A stretch of DNA of 64,000 nucleotides from an uncultured Planctomycetaceae bacterium (GCA_963815195.1 CAWFGE010000012.1:512001-576000), one strand, 5' to 3'; positions 1 to 10,963 are shown, counted from the first letter of the stretch. Program-made: numbers and translations. Notes: a model not told the origin generated them from the sequence alone.

Positions 1-381
1 CCTCCACTCGCCGGGGCGTAAACGCCAATTGGACCAAAGACCGCAGCCGGGTATGATCCGGGGGATCCAAATCGAGCATGTTTCTGAGCAGCGGCTTGAA
101 CACGGCGGGCATCCACGGCTGTTTTCGCATCTGCTCATCGGAGAGCGCCTGGAAGCGATCCTTTGCGAACCGCTCATCTTTGAGGACGGTCACGACGTCG
201 TCATAACGCGTCACCAGCCAAGCCGTCTGCTTTTTGGAGAGGGCGACCTCGCAAACGGGCGACTCGGCCGCAGCCGGTCATAAAACGGAAAAGGATCCGC
301 CTTGTGAAGGGGACTGGCAATGTCCACCGACAACGGTGCGGATCCGGTCTGCGGGCGTTGGGCCGGGATACGAAGCGCCAA
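1..381 (-). CDS. cytochrome P450, 5' part (continues beyond window; 1-nt frameshift near 268)
   Basis: Manual translation: DPFPFYDRLR/ESPV...WLVTRYDDVVTVLKDERF...NMLDLDPPDHTRLRSLVQLAFTPRRVE, a typical bacterial P450 N-terminus; TTG start with GGGAGG RBS. Confidence 0.85.
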
Positions 382-423
382 GCGGAAGCCTCCCTATTTC
401 TGCCGGTCGTTGTGGAAAACGCT

Positions 424-852
424 TCACTCCTCCGCCTTTTTGAAGCCGGCTTTGAGGAGTTGTTGGTAGCCGGATTTTAAGGGGCGGATGTCGAAGCCGT
501 CCTTCCTTAAGAGATCCGCGGCGACGCGGCAGCGGCCGCCGGACTTGCAGTGGAAGTACAGAATCTTGTCCTTGGGCAGCTTCTTCTTGACGGCGGGGGC
601 TTCCTTCTTGTCGGCGAGCTTGGTGAGCGGGGCAAACAGCGCGTCCTCGATGTGGCCGGCTTCCCATTCCTCGAGTTCGCGGACATCCACGAGCACGGCT
701 TTGTCGTCTTCGATCCGCTGCTTCACGGTCTCCAGTGAATCCTTCGTATGCTCCGCCGCGTCCACGCCGGCCCACCCGAACAAAAACACCCGCGCCGCGG
801 CCACGGTCAACACCAGCACGTGCTTCATTTTCAGTTTAATCATCATCGGCAT
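424..852 (-). CDS. secreted rhodanese-like protein
   Basis: LVDVRELEEWEAGHI and YFHCKSGGR motifs; signal-peptide-like N-terminus. Confidence 0.85.
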   Translation of the reverse strand: MPMMIKLKMKHVLVLTVAAARVFLFGWAGVDAAEHTKDSLETVKQRIEDDKAVLVDVRELEEWEAGHIEDALFAPLTKLADKKEAPAVKKKLPKDKILYFHCKSGGRCRVAADLLRKDGFDIRPLKSGYQQLLKAGFKKAEE

Positions 853-932
853 CGCCCCTTTAAAAAATGGAGTTTTCAATCACTTCGACCACAAATGGGG
901 CCGAACACGAGTTGGTCAGACTTTGTCAATCG

Positions 933-2329
933 TTATTTCGACGTGGCCTCGGTGATGATCCTTTTCATCTCCGCGGCGATCTCCGGATGTTTGCCGGCGA
1001 TGTTGTGTTGCTCGCCGATGTCTGTGTCGAGATCATAAAGTTCCAGGGGTTTGTTTTTGCCGGGGACGACGGCTTTCCAGTGGTTTTTGCGGACGGCTTT
1101 CTTGTCGCCATAGCTCCAGAACAGATATTCGTGCCGCGGCTGCGGTTGCCCCAGGAGCGTGGGGACGAAGGAGAGGCCGTCGATGTCCGTTGGTGGTTTG
1201 ACGCCCGCGAGTTCGCAGGCGGTGGGCAGCCAATCGTAAGCGGCGAGCGGCTCGTCGCTGGTGCGGCCGGGCTGGATTTTTCCGGGCCACCATGCGATTG
1301 TCGGGTGCGGATGCCGCCTTCGTAGAGGTCCCGCTTGAAGCCGCGAAGGGGGCCGTTGGCGTCGAAGTATTCGTGCTTGTGGCCGCCTTCGTTGTGCGGG
1401 CCGTTGTCACTCGTGAAGAAGACCAGCGTGTTCTGATCGATCTTCAGTTCGCGGAGCAAGGCGATCAAGCGGCCGACGTCCTTGTCCATGCGGGTGATCA
1501 TCGCGGCCTGGCCTTTCTCGACGTCCGGCCAGTCGCGGTCCGCATAAATGCCGTAGTCGGGAACTTCCATCCCGTTCTTGACCGCCCGGCCGCCTTCGTT
1601 GTTGGCGTGCGGGATCGTCCAATGCACGTGCATCAAAAACGGCCCTGCCTGATGCTCGCGGATGAACTCGAGCATCTGGTCGGTCATCACATCGTGGGAA
1701 TACGTGACCCGCTTGGACGAGACGCGCCCGCGGCCATTAGGATCATCGCCGATGACGTTGCCTTTGAGCGGGAACTTTTCGCCGTTCCGCCAGAGATGGG
1801 TGGGGTAATAGTTGTGGGCTTCGCTCTGATCGAGGTAGCCCATCCAGAAATCGAAGCCATTCTTGGCGGGTTGGCCCGTGCTGCCGGGGCCGCCCATCGC
1901 CCACTTGCCGACGCCTCCGGTCGCGTAGCCGGCTTTCTTGAGAAGTTCCGCGACCGTGACATCCGCGGGCTTGAATACATAGTTCGCGTTGGAATCGATC
2001 GGCGTATGCCCGCTGTGCTTGCCGGTCCAAAGCACAAGCCGCGACGGCCGGCACACGGTGTCGCCCGCGTAATAGCTGGTGAGCTTCAGCCCCTCGGCGG
2101 CGAGCTTGTCGAGGCTCGGCGTCTGGATGACTTTCTGCCCGAAACAGCCCAAATCGCCATAGCCCAAGTCGTCCGCCATGATGTAAATCAGATTGGGCTT
2201 CCCATCGGATTCGGCGATCGCGGTTGGCGCATCCACGGCTTGGGAAACGCACGCGATCATCGCCGTCAAGCACAGTGTGGCGGTTCTGCATCGAAAACAA
2301 CGCGGGCAACCCGCAAGGAATGGAAACAT
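933..2329 (-). CDS. arylsulfatase (frameshift near 1300)
   Basis: PNLIYIMADDLGYGD, CRPSR formylglycine motif, SDNG, LYEGGIR; C-terminus (...ELYDLDTDIGEQHNIA...) continues in another frame to TAA at 933. Confidence 0.88.
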
Positions 2330-2519
2330 GTTGCTCCCCTCTCATTGGTGGAAAGGAACCGGCCGCGGTTCCGCTTCCATTGTGCTGGGCATTCGGCTCG
2401 TCGTCAATTGCCCGCCCCGCATGGTCAATCGTTTGGCTTTCTGGATGCGACCGCGTAAAGTATTGGGAATACCTGCCAACGAATACACCTGAGAACCTTC
2501 GAATCAGAAAGTCCGATTG

Positions 2520-3803
2520 ATGAGCAGTGAAGCCAAGTCGCGACCGGCCCTCCGCGCGGGAATGGTCGGGATGGGAATGATCTTCGACGAGACCTACCGC
2601 CCGTTTTTCGAGCGGGCTCACGCCGAGGGGCTTTACAGCCGGTCTATCGGCGATGTCGATGTGCCACTCGCGGCCGTCGCGTCTCGCACCGGCAAACGGG
2701 CCGAGGCGTATCGGAAATCGGCGGGCGATAAAATCGCGGCCTTTGAAAGTTTCGCAGGCGAGGATTCCGTCGATCAAATGTTCAAAGACGACCTGAGCTT
2801 CGCCTGCGTTGCGACGCCCGACGATCGGCACTTCGAAGCCTCGAAAAAAGTCCTCGCCGCCGGGGCGCATCTTCTCGTGGAAAAGCCTTCGGTGCTCTCC
2901 CTGTCCGAACTCGATGAACTGGTCGCGCTGGCGAAGTCCAAAAACGTGCTGGCGAAGGTCGTGTATCACAAGCTGCTCGATCCCGACCACAAGAAGCTCA
3001 GGACCTTCGTCGCGGACGGCGTTTTGAGACACGTCAACAACGGCTACTGCACGCTCTTGGAGCCCAAGCAAATCTCCGGCAGCCAGTTTTCCGAGTGGAT
3101 CACCGGTCGAAACCCCGGCACCTACGTCGCGGTGCATTACATCAAGCTGATCGACTTCACCTTCGGCGGGAAACTCAAAACCGTCACCGCCACCGGGCAA
3201 CGCGGTCTGGTCGGTCCCGCGGACGGCCCCACCTGGGACAGTTGCCAGATGCGGATGATCTACGAATACGACGGCGGCCGGGAGGCGGCGTTCGATATTC
3301 ACACGTCCTGGGTCACGCCGGACAATTTTCCGGGCTACGTCGAGCAGGAAGTGCAGTTCCGCTTCGACAACGGCCTCTGGAACGGCCACAGCCGGAAGCG
3401 GGGCGTGGAGTGCACCGTCGAAGGCAAAACGCCGTTCGAGATCAAAAACTCGATCAACAACCACTACAACGCCCCCGTCCTGGAACCGTGGGGCCAAAGG
3501 TCCCAGCGAGGCTACGGCGTGGAAGTCATCGAACGCTTTGCCCGAGAAGTGGCCGAGGTCGAATTCGGCGGCCCGCCATCCGAACGAACGCAGCGGCTGA
3601 AGCAAGCCCAGGAATTGACCTACAACGACCTCGCGGCGGACCGGCAAGTCGTCGCCGCGGTCCAGGCCCTTGAGGCGATTTTGGATCAGCACGCGAAAGG
3701 CAATCCCGATTGCGTGGTGCGGGTCAACGATCACAGCGGCGGGCTGGCGCTGTATCGGCCCGGCTCCGCGGAACCTGTGGTGCTTTACGAAGGCCGGGTC
3801 TGA
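2520..3803 (+). CDS. Gfo/Idh/MocA family oxidoreductase
   Basis: GMVGMGMI Rossmann motif, VATPDDRH, LLVEKP. Confidence 0.85.
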   Translation: MSSEAKSRPALRAGMVGMGMIFDETYRPFFERAHAEGLYSRSIGDVDVPLAAVASRTGKRAEAYRKSAGDKIAAFESFAGEDSVDQMFKDDLSFACVATPDDRHFEASKKVLAAGAHLLVEKPSVLSLSELDELVALAKSKNVLAKVVYHKLLDPDHKKLRTFVADGVLRHVNNGYCTLLEPKQISGSQFSEWITGRNPGTYVAVHYIKLIDFTFGGKLKTVTATGQRGLVGPADGPTWDSCQMRMIYEYDGGREAAFDIHTSWVTPDNFPGYVEQEVQFRFDNGLWNGHSRKRGVECTVEGKTPFEIKNSINNHYNAPVLEPWGQRSQRGYGVEVIERFAREVAEVEFGGPPSERTQRLKQAQELTYNDLAADRQVVAAVQALEAILDQHAKGNPDCVVRVNDHSGGLALYRPGSAEPVVLYEGRV

Positions 3804-3852
3804 TGGAAATGGCGAACAATCGAAGCTGTGCGGACCATTCCTTGTCTCATAT

Positions 3853-5181
3853 TTAGAGCCTATTCGTTCTCAGCAAATTCTGACAGGCAGGCGAAAAGCT
3901 TCGCGGAGCGTGGGCCATCAACAACCGGGCGGCGTCCGCCTGTTCGTGGAGAATCGCAATCTCCAAGGGGGTTCGCAAATCCGCGTCCCGGAGTTCTGCA
4001 TCCGCCCCGGCGTTCAATAGCAGTTCGATAATCTCCGCCTTTCCGAAGCGGGCCGCGACATGGAGCGGCGTTTGCCCGACGTCATGCGGATCGGACGAAT
4101 TGACATCCAAACCCCAGTGGAGAGCGGTCTGGATTTGCTCCCGGTCTCCCGCAGCCACGGCAGCTATCAGCACGCCGGCCCCGCCGTCGCAAAACAACGC
4201 GGACCGGTGGTCGTTTGTCGAACCTTCTCCGAGTTCGTCCTCATCCTCGAATAAGACGTGTTCTGCATCCTCATCCGACGTCGCTAGGGGTCTGGCCGCT
4301 TCCATCTGTTGATCGAGATGGACGGTGCGGTCATCGTTAATCGCTGGGACGTGGGGAAATGGAAAAGAGACGACCGTCTTTGACGGGGCGGGAAAAACAG
4401 CCTCGGCGGGCGTGTCCGAAATCGCGGTGTCTGGGGACGCCGCTTCCCAACGCTCTTCCCAGCGCTGCCGGAGTCGCTCAAATTCGGCCCGTTCGCGGCG
4501 GAAGCGGTTCCACTCCTGCTCCATAAGGTTCTCCCGCTCGGTGAGCCGGGCTCGCTGCGATGCCAACTCGGCCCGCAACGCATTTAACTCGGCCCGCTCC
4601 CGGGCAAGTTTGACGGGATGGAAACCATCCTCTTGCCGCCGTTCCGCGATCCGGTCGCGGGCATCGCTGCAGCGGTCGCTGATGAACTCCACCAACTGCT
4701 GCAGATCAAATTGGCGGGCGTGGATCACGCGCTTCTTCAAAGCCGACAACAGCGTCCGCGCGACGCGTTCGTAGGCGGACAATGGGGCTGGGTTTTGAAT
4801 CCGAATGGAAACGCTCTCGCAGATTGCCAATCCGCTCCAGCGGGTCGGTTGATGCCGGCCGCCAAACGGCTGGGGGCTTCGGGAATGGTGCTCCAGAAAT
4901 CGTCCTGCTTCGGAGAGGGAGAGACGGGCGAAGGCGGCATAACCCGGTTGCCCGCTCCGGGCAAAGGTGTCGGCCGCGGCTTGAAAGAACGGCAGCGCGA
5001 AGCGGGCAAAACTGGGTTCCAAAGGCTTCCATCGGCCGGCGAGGACGATTTCCGTCATCCGCAGCCAATCATCAAACAGCGACAGGGCCATCTCCGACGA
5101 TTCACCCGGCAACGGGCCGGCCAGAGTCTCCCGCAACTCCGCAAGTTGTTCCTTCAACACGTCCCAGAGCGATGCAGTCAT
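3853..5181 (-). CDS. coiled-coil protein with C-terminal ankyrin repeats
   Basis: GQTPLHVAARFGKAEIIELLLNAGAD..RTPLEIA; central Arg/Glu-rich coiled coil. Confidence 0.7.
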   Translation of the reverse strand: MTASLWDVLKEQLAELRETLAGPLPGESSEMALSLFDDWLRMTEIVLAGRWKPLEPSFARFALPFFQAAADTFARSGQPGYAAFARLSLSEAGRFLEHHSRSPQPFGGRHQPTRWSGLAICESVSIRIQNPAPLSAYERVARTLLSALKKRVIHARQFDLQQLVEFISDRCSDARDRIAERRQEDGFHPVKLARERAELNALRAELASQRARLTERENLMEQEWNRFRRERAEFERLRQRWEERWEAASPDTAISDTPAEAVFPAPSKTVVSFPFPHVPAINDDRTVHLDQQMEAARPLATSDEDAEHVLFEDEDELGEGSTNDHRSALFCDGGAGVLIAAVAAGDREQIQTALHWGLDVNSSDPHDVGQTPLHVAARFGKAEIIELLLNAGADAELRDADLRTPLEIAILHEQADAARLLMAHAPRSFSPACQNLLRTNRL

Positions 5182-5452
5182 CCTGACGATTCCTTGCGTG
5201 GCGGGAAGTCCGCGATCTCGTTGTCCGTTGGAAGGCAGCCCGCGGCGAGCTGGGATTTTAAAACCTCGCAACGTTCCCAAACCGCGATGGTGAGATTTTA
5301 GGGAGGTTCGCCGTTTTGGGCGAATCCAGTTTAGCAGGGCATGCCGGCGATGCAAGCCGTCCGCCGATTGGACGCGGCGCTATTTTGAACACCAAGGCGG
5401 AGCGAGAGCGGGCTCGTTCGGCCGCGTGGTCGGCGACATGGAGAGCGAGGTT

Positions 5453-6043
5453 TTAAGACTGCACTTTTTTAGCGCGGAGACGTTCGCGGGCCCGGCTGAG
5501 CGTGGGGCCGATCGAGTTTTCGGGAATGCCCAGCATCGCGCTGATCTCGTGGTACGACCGGCCTTCCAGGTGGAACAGGCGGACGACCTCGGCATCGGTG
5601 GGCGGCAAATCCTTGAGCATCTCGCGGATTTCCTCTTCGTCGTCGATGCGGTTTTGCGGGCCCCGCGCCTGGCGGCCCGTTGACTTCAAATGATCCATCG
5701 AAGCGCGGTGCACCGTAACGTGCCCCAAGGCTTCCGCTTTCCGGCGGCGGGTGATTTCGCGGACGGCAATCCGGCGGGTCACGACGGTCAAATACCACGC
5801 CAGCGAGCTCTTCTGGCGGAATTTCCGCAGAACCTGGGCTTTGTTCTCAAGGAGCCTCAAGAAAATCTCGGCGAGCAGGTCGTCCTCGTCTTCGGGCGTC
5901 AGCGGGACGCTCCGCGCGTGCGCCGTGTGCCGGATGACGTGCACAAACAAGCCGGAGAACCGGTCCACGAAATCCTTCCAGCTTCCCGGTTCATCCGCCA
6001 GGCAGCGTCTCAGGAGTTTGCGATCAACTTCGGTGAGAGCCAC
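5453..6043 (-). CDS. ECF RNA polymerase sigma factor
   Basis: Region 2 (DDLLAEIFLRLL..WYLTVVTRR) and region 4 (EGRSYHEISAMLGIPENSIGPTLSRAR). Confidence 0.9.
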   Translation of the reverse strand: MALTEVDRKLLRRCLADEPGSWKDFVDRFSGLFVHVIRHTAHARSVPLTPEDEDDLLAEIFLRLLENKAQVLRKFRQKSSLAWYLTVVTRRIAVREITRRRKAEALGHVTVHRASMDHLKSTGRQARGPQNRIDDEEEIREMLKDLPPTDAEVVRLFHLEGRSYHEISAMLGIPENSIGPTLSRARERLRAKKVQS

Positions 6044-6588
6044 GAATGAACCTTTCGGTGGGATGCCAAGACAAGCATGGCATCAGAGTTTCAAAACCGC
6101 ACCACGCTGGTGGGAAAAATCCGCTCCATGACTATCGAACCCGCACAAATGGGGATATGTCTCGAATTTTTGGTCCAGAGGGGAAATTCATCGAGTGCAT
6201 CCTGGATATTTCCCGGGAAAACCCGCATGGGCACCCTTTCCCCATAAAATCCTTCCAGTATTAAATGTACTGGGGTGAGATGTTTGAGGCAAGACGGCTC
6301 TTGGGGAAACCGGGCATCTTGGGCCGAAGAAAGTACAAAACCCCTCATTTTTCAGGGTTTTTCAGTTTGCCTTCCTCCGGGGAAATCTCAGAAACGGACA
6401 CTTGACACTCCCGAAACCCCCCACTAAGATTCGTCAAGATTTAATTCTCGCAAGACGATTGAATATCGGAAGTTAGTGAATTTCGCGTCTCGAGTTCGAT
6501 TTTCATTTCTCGGCCTCCCAGTCGAACCAGTCTCTTCGGCAGACGCAAAGCTCCGAGAGACGACAACACCATTGGAAAGGGACCCCTC

Positions 6589-6889
6589 ATGACCCACGTT
6601 GTCGCCGAACCCTGTTTCAACTGCAAGTACACCGATTGCGTTGTTGTCTGCCCCGTCGAGTGCTTCTACGAAGGCGAATCGATGTTGTACATCCATCCGG
6701 ATGAATGCATCGACTGCGAAGCCTGCGTGCCCGAGTGCCCCGTCGAGGCGATCTTCCACGAAGACAACCTCCCGGATGATTGGACGGATTACACGGCCCT
6801 GAATGCCGAGTCTGTCTCCCCAATGCCCCGTCATCACCGAAAAGAAAGCCTCTCTCGCCGAAACCGGAGGCGAATGCCCCAACGCCTGA
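6589..6889 (+). CDS. fdxA: FdxA-type 7Fe/8Fe ferredoxin (frameshift near 6810)
   Basis: [26 protein letters not shown]...[12 protein letters not shown]. Confidence 0.9.
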
Positions 6890-7361
6890 CCGCTTTGGGA
6901 TTTACAAAAAGATACCACGCAAGGGTCGTTCTCACGAAGAGAACGACCCTTTATGCGTTTGGAAGCATCAACTTTTGCAGATCGGGCGACTTTGCAGGTT
7001 TGGGATTATGAATCAGAGAACGATCACAACAGCCCATGTGGAATGAAATCGACCAAAAGCATCTCGAGCGGCATGCGGACTATTCCGAATTGGAACCGGA
7101 TCCTTGCCTACCATCACGCGGGGTACAAACAGAAGTTCTTCTGGCCGCGCATGACGCCGATTCTGAATCGTCGGTAATTGGCGCCGGAGATCCGCAATAG
7201 GCCGACCGCTCCAACAAGACCGATTCTCATCGTTTCGGCGGGACATGCGCAGCCTTTCCGGGGGTTTTCGGGTCGTGTTACCCTGAAACTCATCGGGTAT
7301 TAAGCCGCTCCGCCGACCATCGGCATGTCGTAAGTCATTACCTCGGCGGTACTTATTAACG

Positions 7362-7405
7362 AGTGCCCCCACTTGGACTCGAACCAAGAACCTACTGATT
7401 AAGAG
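7362..7405. repeat. att site: 44-bp direct repeat of the tRNA-Lys 3' half
   Basis: AGTGCCCCCACTTGGACTCGAACCAAGAACCTACTGATTAAGAG, identical to 16480-16523. Confidence 0.95.
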
Positions 7406-7867
7406 GCACAAATCGGCCAAAGCAATTCTTCCCGAAAACCGTTTTGGCAGAACCAACTTACAACGATTTGGGAGCGTTTGCAAACCCTCTCAAACCGTTT
7501 TAGCTCGATTTGAAGTAAGGCGGTACGGGGCCGAAGTTTGCGGCATCGGCCGCGCTTTTCCCGTTTCGCGTTTCCGGTAGTTTACCGGATTTCGGAAACA
7601 CGCATCAGGGGGCCGGAGGTTCGCGTGTGAAGCGAAGGGAATGGTTCTGGTGATGACCGGGCCGGGCTGCCGATGAAAGGCCCCACTGCGCGTGACGCAG
7701 ATGTTCTGCGTCGCCCCCGGCATTGCTGGTTGCGATGCCGGGGGTTCTTTCCCACGCGCAAAGAAAAACGCCCAACGGTGCGGTGTTCGTTGGGCGCGGG
7801 GGAGTGAGTTCGCCGGCCACGCGGCCGGCGCGATGAATCATAAGCCATCGGGCCGGCCTGGTCGCAA

Positions 7868-7903
7868 ACAAAAAACAGCCCGCGCAACATGCGCGGGCCG
7901 TTT
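7868..7903 (-). terminator. Rho-independent terminator ending the capsid operon
   Basis: Minus strand: CGGCCCGCGCA-TGT-TGCGCGGGCTG followed by TTTTTT. Confidence 0.7.
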
Positions 7904-7939
7904 GTTGGAAAGATGATTTCGCGCGAAATCGGGCGGTGC

Positions 7940-8304
7940 TCAAACCGCGTTGGCGGCTTCGCGGATTTTGGCAGCGGTCGCTTTGCCGATGCCGGGAATC
8001 TTCGTGAAGGTCGGGATGGTCGCGGACTTCGCCGACGGTCACGAGGCCGTAAGTCTCTGAGCACCTTCTTCGTGCTGTCATCGAGGTCCAGCTCATCGAT
8101 CGACCGATCGTCGCCGGCGGCCGGCGGCGGGGCGGGCCTGGCGTTCGGCCGGGCCGGGGCGGGCTTCGCCGGCTTGGGAGCGGTTTTGACGGCGGCCTTC
8201 TCGCTGACAAACTGCTCGCCCAGTTCGTCGGGAACTTCCCCTTCAAAGCCCAAGGGGTAGTGATAGCCGGGCCCGCGGCGGGAACATCGGAATCGGAGAT
8301 ACAT
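7940..8304 (-). CDS. small post-capsid protein with C-terminal HhH/alpha-CTD-like domain (frameshifted)
   Basis: Stitched across frames: SIDELDLDDSTKKVLRD/YGLVTVGEVRDHPDL/TKIPGIGKATAAKIREAANAV. Confidence 0.6.
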
Positions 8305-8395
8305 CGGCGGTGATCCTCAAAAGGGGAAAACCCGGCGGCCACAAAGCCGCCGGGCGCGCACGTCGGCCCGGACCATCCGGGCCGATCACCGGCTC

Positions 8396-9817
8396 TTAGG
8401 GCGTCACGCCCGTTAGCTTCGTCATCCACGTCGGCCGCAACACGCCGATGTCGGCCCGCATGTAGGCCACGATCAATTTCTTGAGTTCCGAGGCGGCGTT
8501 GTGCGTCACGCCGGCGGAGTCGGTGACCGTCCCGCTTTCGAGCACGCGAATCGTGATCCTCTTCCGAAGTGCCGAACACAATTTGTGAGAAGTCCCCCAC
8601 GATCATTGTGGATTCGTTTCCCCCCCCCCGTCGGTGCTCGGCAGGCTGCTCGTGTGGAATTGCTTCAGCTTCTGAACCCACGGCGTCATCTGCATCGGGT
8701 TGTTGTTGGCGTCGAGCAGTTGATCGTAGGATTTCCCCGTCGCGAGGATGTTTGATCCACGCCAGGTTCGACACGTCGCCGGGATAGTTGGCGTGCGAGA
8801 ATGTCGCCCACGGCTTGCCCGACATTTCGGCGTAGTTGGTGGGCGTGCCCACGCGCGGCGATCTCGTTCACGTCGGGCGTGTTGATGATGCCTCTCGGCT
8901 CCGCAGCGGCTCCAAGGCCGAACAGCGCGGCCTGGTCGAGCATCAACCCCATCGCGGCCATGCAAAGCGTTACGGATCACCGCTTGGGCGTTCCTCGCAT
9001 CCTCCAGCCATTCGATGTTGACCGGGATCACGGCCGCGAGCGTGCGGGCCGTCAGAACGCAGCATCCCGAATTCCATGCTGGTCGCGGTGACCGGGTTTC
9101 CTGGGATGACGCCAATGGGCCGTCGGGTCTTGAAGTCAACTTCAGCAAATTCAAGTCTTCGTTCTGCATGTTGACCGTCATCGGCCCCGGCCCGCATCAC
9201 GACGGAAGCGGACCGGGCCAGGTCGATGATGCGTTGACCGTATTGCGGGGTGAGCAGATAGCCGTCTCCGCTGCCGGCTCCCATCGCCAGGATCTCGCTG
9301 CGGTTCGAGCATGTCGAAGCGGCCCGTCAGTTGGGCGTAGAGCAGCTTCCCGACGTCCAGGGGCTCATATTCGCCCATCGGCTCGTTGTGGGCGTAGGCG
9401 CGAACGTCGCGGCCTTCCTGGTCGCGAAACATCACGCGGCCGGGCTGGGTGCGGTTCCCGCCGGGAAGATCGGGGGAAGCGGCGGACCCGGCGATGGTGT
9501 TGGGGTCGATGCCGTAATTGACGAGGGAGCTGCTCGGGATCGCGGCGAGTGCTGCGGAGCATTGCTCAGCGTCGGCCATCTGCTCTTCAAATTCCAGCGT
9601 CTCTTCGGCCGTGAAGTCTGCGCTTCTCCGCCTTCGCTTTGCTGATGAGTGCGCGGGCATTCGCGAGAAACTCCCCTCGCTTCTCCGTCAATTGTCTGGC
9701 ATTCATTCCGGCGGTGACCACCACGCCCAGCATCGGGGCGAGAAGGCCGGCGGCGTCGGGCATCGACCAAATCGCAAAAATCAACACAACCAGAACCAGG
9801 CCGATCATTTTTTTCAT
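8396..9817 (-). CDS. HK97-type major capsid protein (multiple frameshifts)
   Basis: Stitched frames: delta-domain-like QLTEKRGEFLANARAL..DFTAEE; GDGYLLTPQYGQRIIDLARSAS; LTARTLAAVIPVNIEWLEDA; LDQAALFGLGAAAEPRGIIN; IVGDFSQ; AYMRADIGVLRP. Confidence 0.85.
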
Positions 9818-9886
9818 GGCTTCTGTCTCTTTTGAATTTTTCGAGGGGAGCGGTAAACGGAACGCGGGGACGGGAGCGGTAAAGGC

Positions 9887-10333
9887 TCAGTTGCATTCGG
9901 GGTTTGAGGCGGGGCAACTCTCTTCGGCCGAATCGTCGGCCGGGCAACCCGCGTCGATCCAGTCCCGAATCTGGGACCATGCCCACCGGGTCAGGCGATG
10001 GCCGCGAAGCACGGGGCGGGGCAAGCGGCCGTCCCGCTCCATCCTGTGAATCGTCGATCGATTGCATCCCAGCAGCCGGGCGAGCTGCTCCGGCGTCAAA
10101 AAGGGCAACTGCCCTGCCTGCTGCAGCAACCGGTCGGGATCGACGATCGGCATGTCGGCCGCGAGCCAATCGGCGATTTCTTCGCAGGACCATTGGGGGT
10201 CGGTACCGTCCACGTTGACGAGAACCGGCCCGGGCATCAGCCCGCAGAAAACGAGGCAGCGAATTTTCAGGGGGTGGACATCAAAGCTGGCCGCGAGTTG
10301 CTCCAGCGTGACAACGTGAATTTCGTCGGGCAT
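9887..10333 (-). CDS. AlpA-family regulator with two tandem AlpA-like domains
   Basis: LTPEQLARLLGCNRSTIHRMERDGRLPRPV..RWAWSQIRDWIDAGCP, plus a degenerate N-terminal copy (MPGPV..QWSCEEIADWLAADMP). Confidence 0.8.
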   Translation of the reverse strand: MPDEIHVVTLEQLAASFDVHPLKIRCLVFCGLMPGPVLVNVDGTDPQWSCEEIADWLAADMPIVDPDRLLQQAGQLPFLTPEQLARLLGCNRSTIHRMERDGRLPRPVLRGHRLTRWAWSQIRDWIDAGCPADDSAEESCPASNPECN

Positions 10334-10403
10334 CGGGGGTTCCTCGTTGCTTTGGGTTGCGATGGCTCTCTATAAGGGCGCGCAATCCGGTAAGCCCCGC
10401 GGA

Positions 10404-10496
10404 CCCCCCCCCCCTCAAAAATATTGCCAAGAAAAAACGAAAACGTGGGCGGTGGTTTCGGAGATCCGGGCCGTCAGAATTTCGGCCCCCCTCCCC
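10404..10496 (-). other. putative cos-type packaging site
   Basis: Minus strand GGGGAGGGGGGCCGAAATTCT...ACCACCGCCCACG.TTTTCGTTTTTTC...TTTTTGAGGGGGGGG resembles the layout of HK97-like cos regions (pattern recognition only). Confidence 0.55.
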
Positions 10497-10507
10497 GTCG
10501 GCTCGTC

Positions 10508-10963
10508 CGCCTGGTCATCGAGGCCTGCCGATCGCGAGCACCGCGGCCGCCTGGTCATCGAGGTCCTGCCGATCGCGAGCACCGCGGCCGCCTGGTCATC
10601 GAGGTCCTGCGATCGCGAGCACCGCGGCCGCCTGGTCATCGAGGTCCTGCGATCGCGAGCACCGCGGCCGCCTGGTCATCGAGGTCCTGCGATCGCGAGC
10701 ACCGCGGCCGCCTGGTCATCGAGGTCCTGCGATCGCGAGCACCGCGGCCGCCTAGTCATCGAGGTCCTGCGATCGCGAGCACCGCGCGGCCGCCTGGTCA
10801 TCGAGGTCCTGCGATCGCGAGCACCGCGGCCGCCTGGTCATCGAGGTCCTGCGATCGCGAGCACCGCGGCCGCCTGGTCATCGAGGTCCTGCGATCGCGA
10901 GCACCGCGGCCGCCTGGTCATCGAGGTCCTGCGATCGCGAGCACCGCGCGGCCGCCTGGTCAT
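10508..10963. repeat. tandem array of 11 full copies plus one partial copy of a 40-bp unit
   Basis: Unit CGCCTGGTCATCGAGGTCCTGCGATCGCGAGCACCGCGGC (40-42 bp variants), head-to-tail with no spacers. Confidence 0.95.

Noticed and set aside
7362..7405. second tRNA-Lys gene
   Set aside because: Only the 3' 44 bp are present; this is the att duplication
10508..10963. CRISPR array
   Set aside because: Units are head-to-tail with no unique spacers, and no cas genes are present in the window
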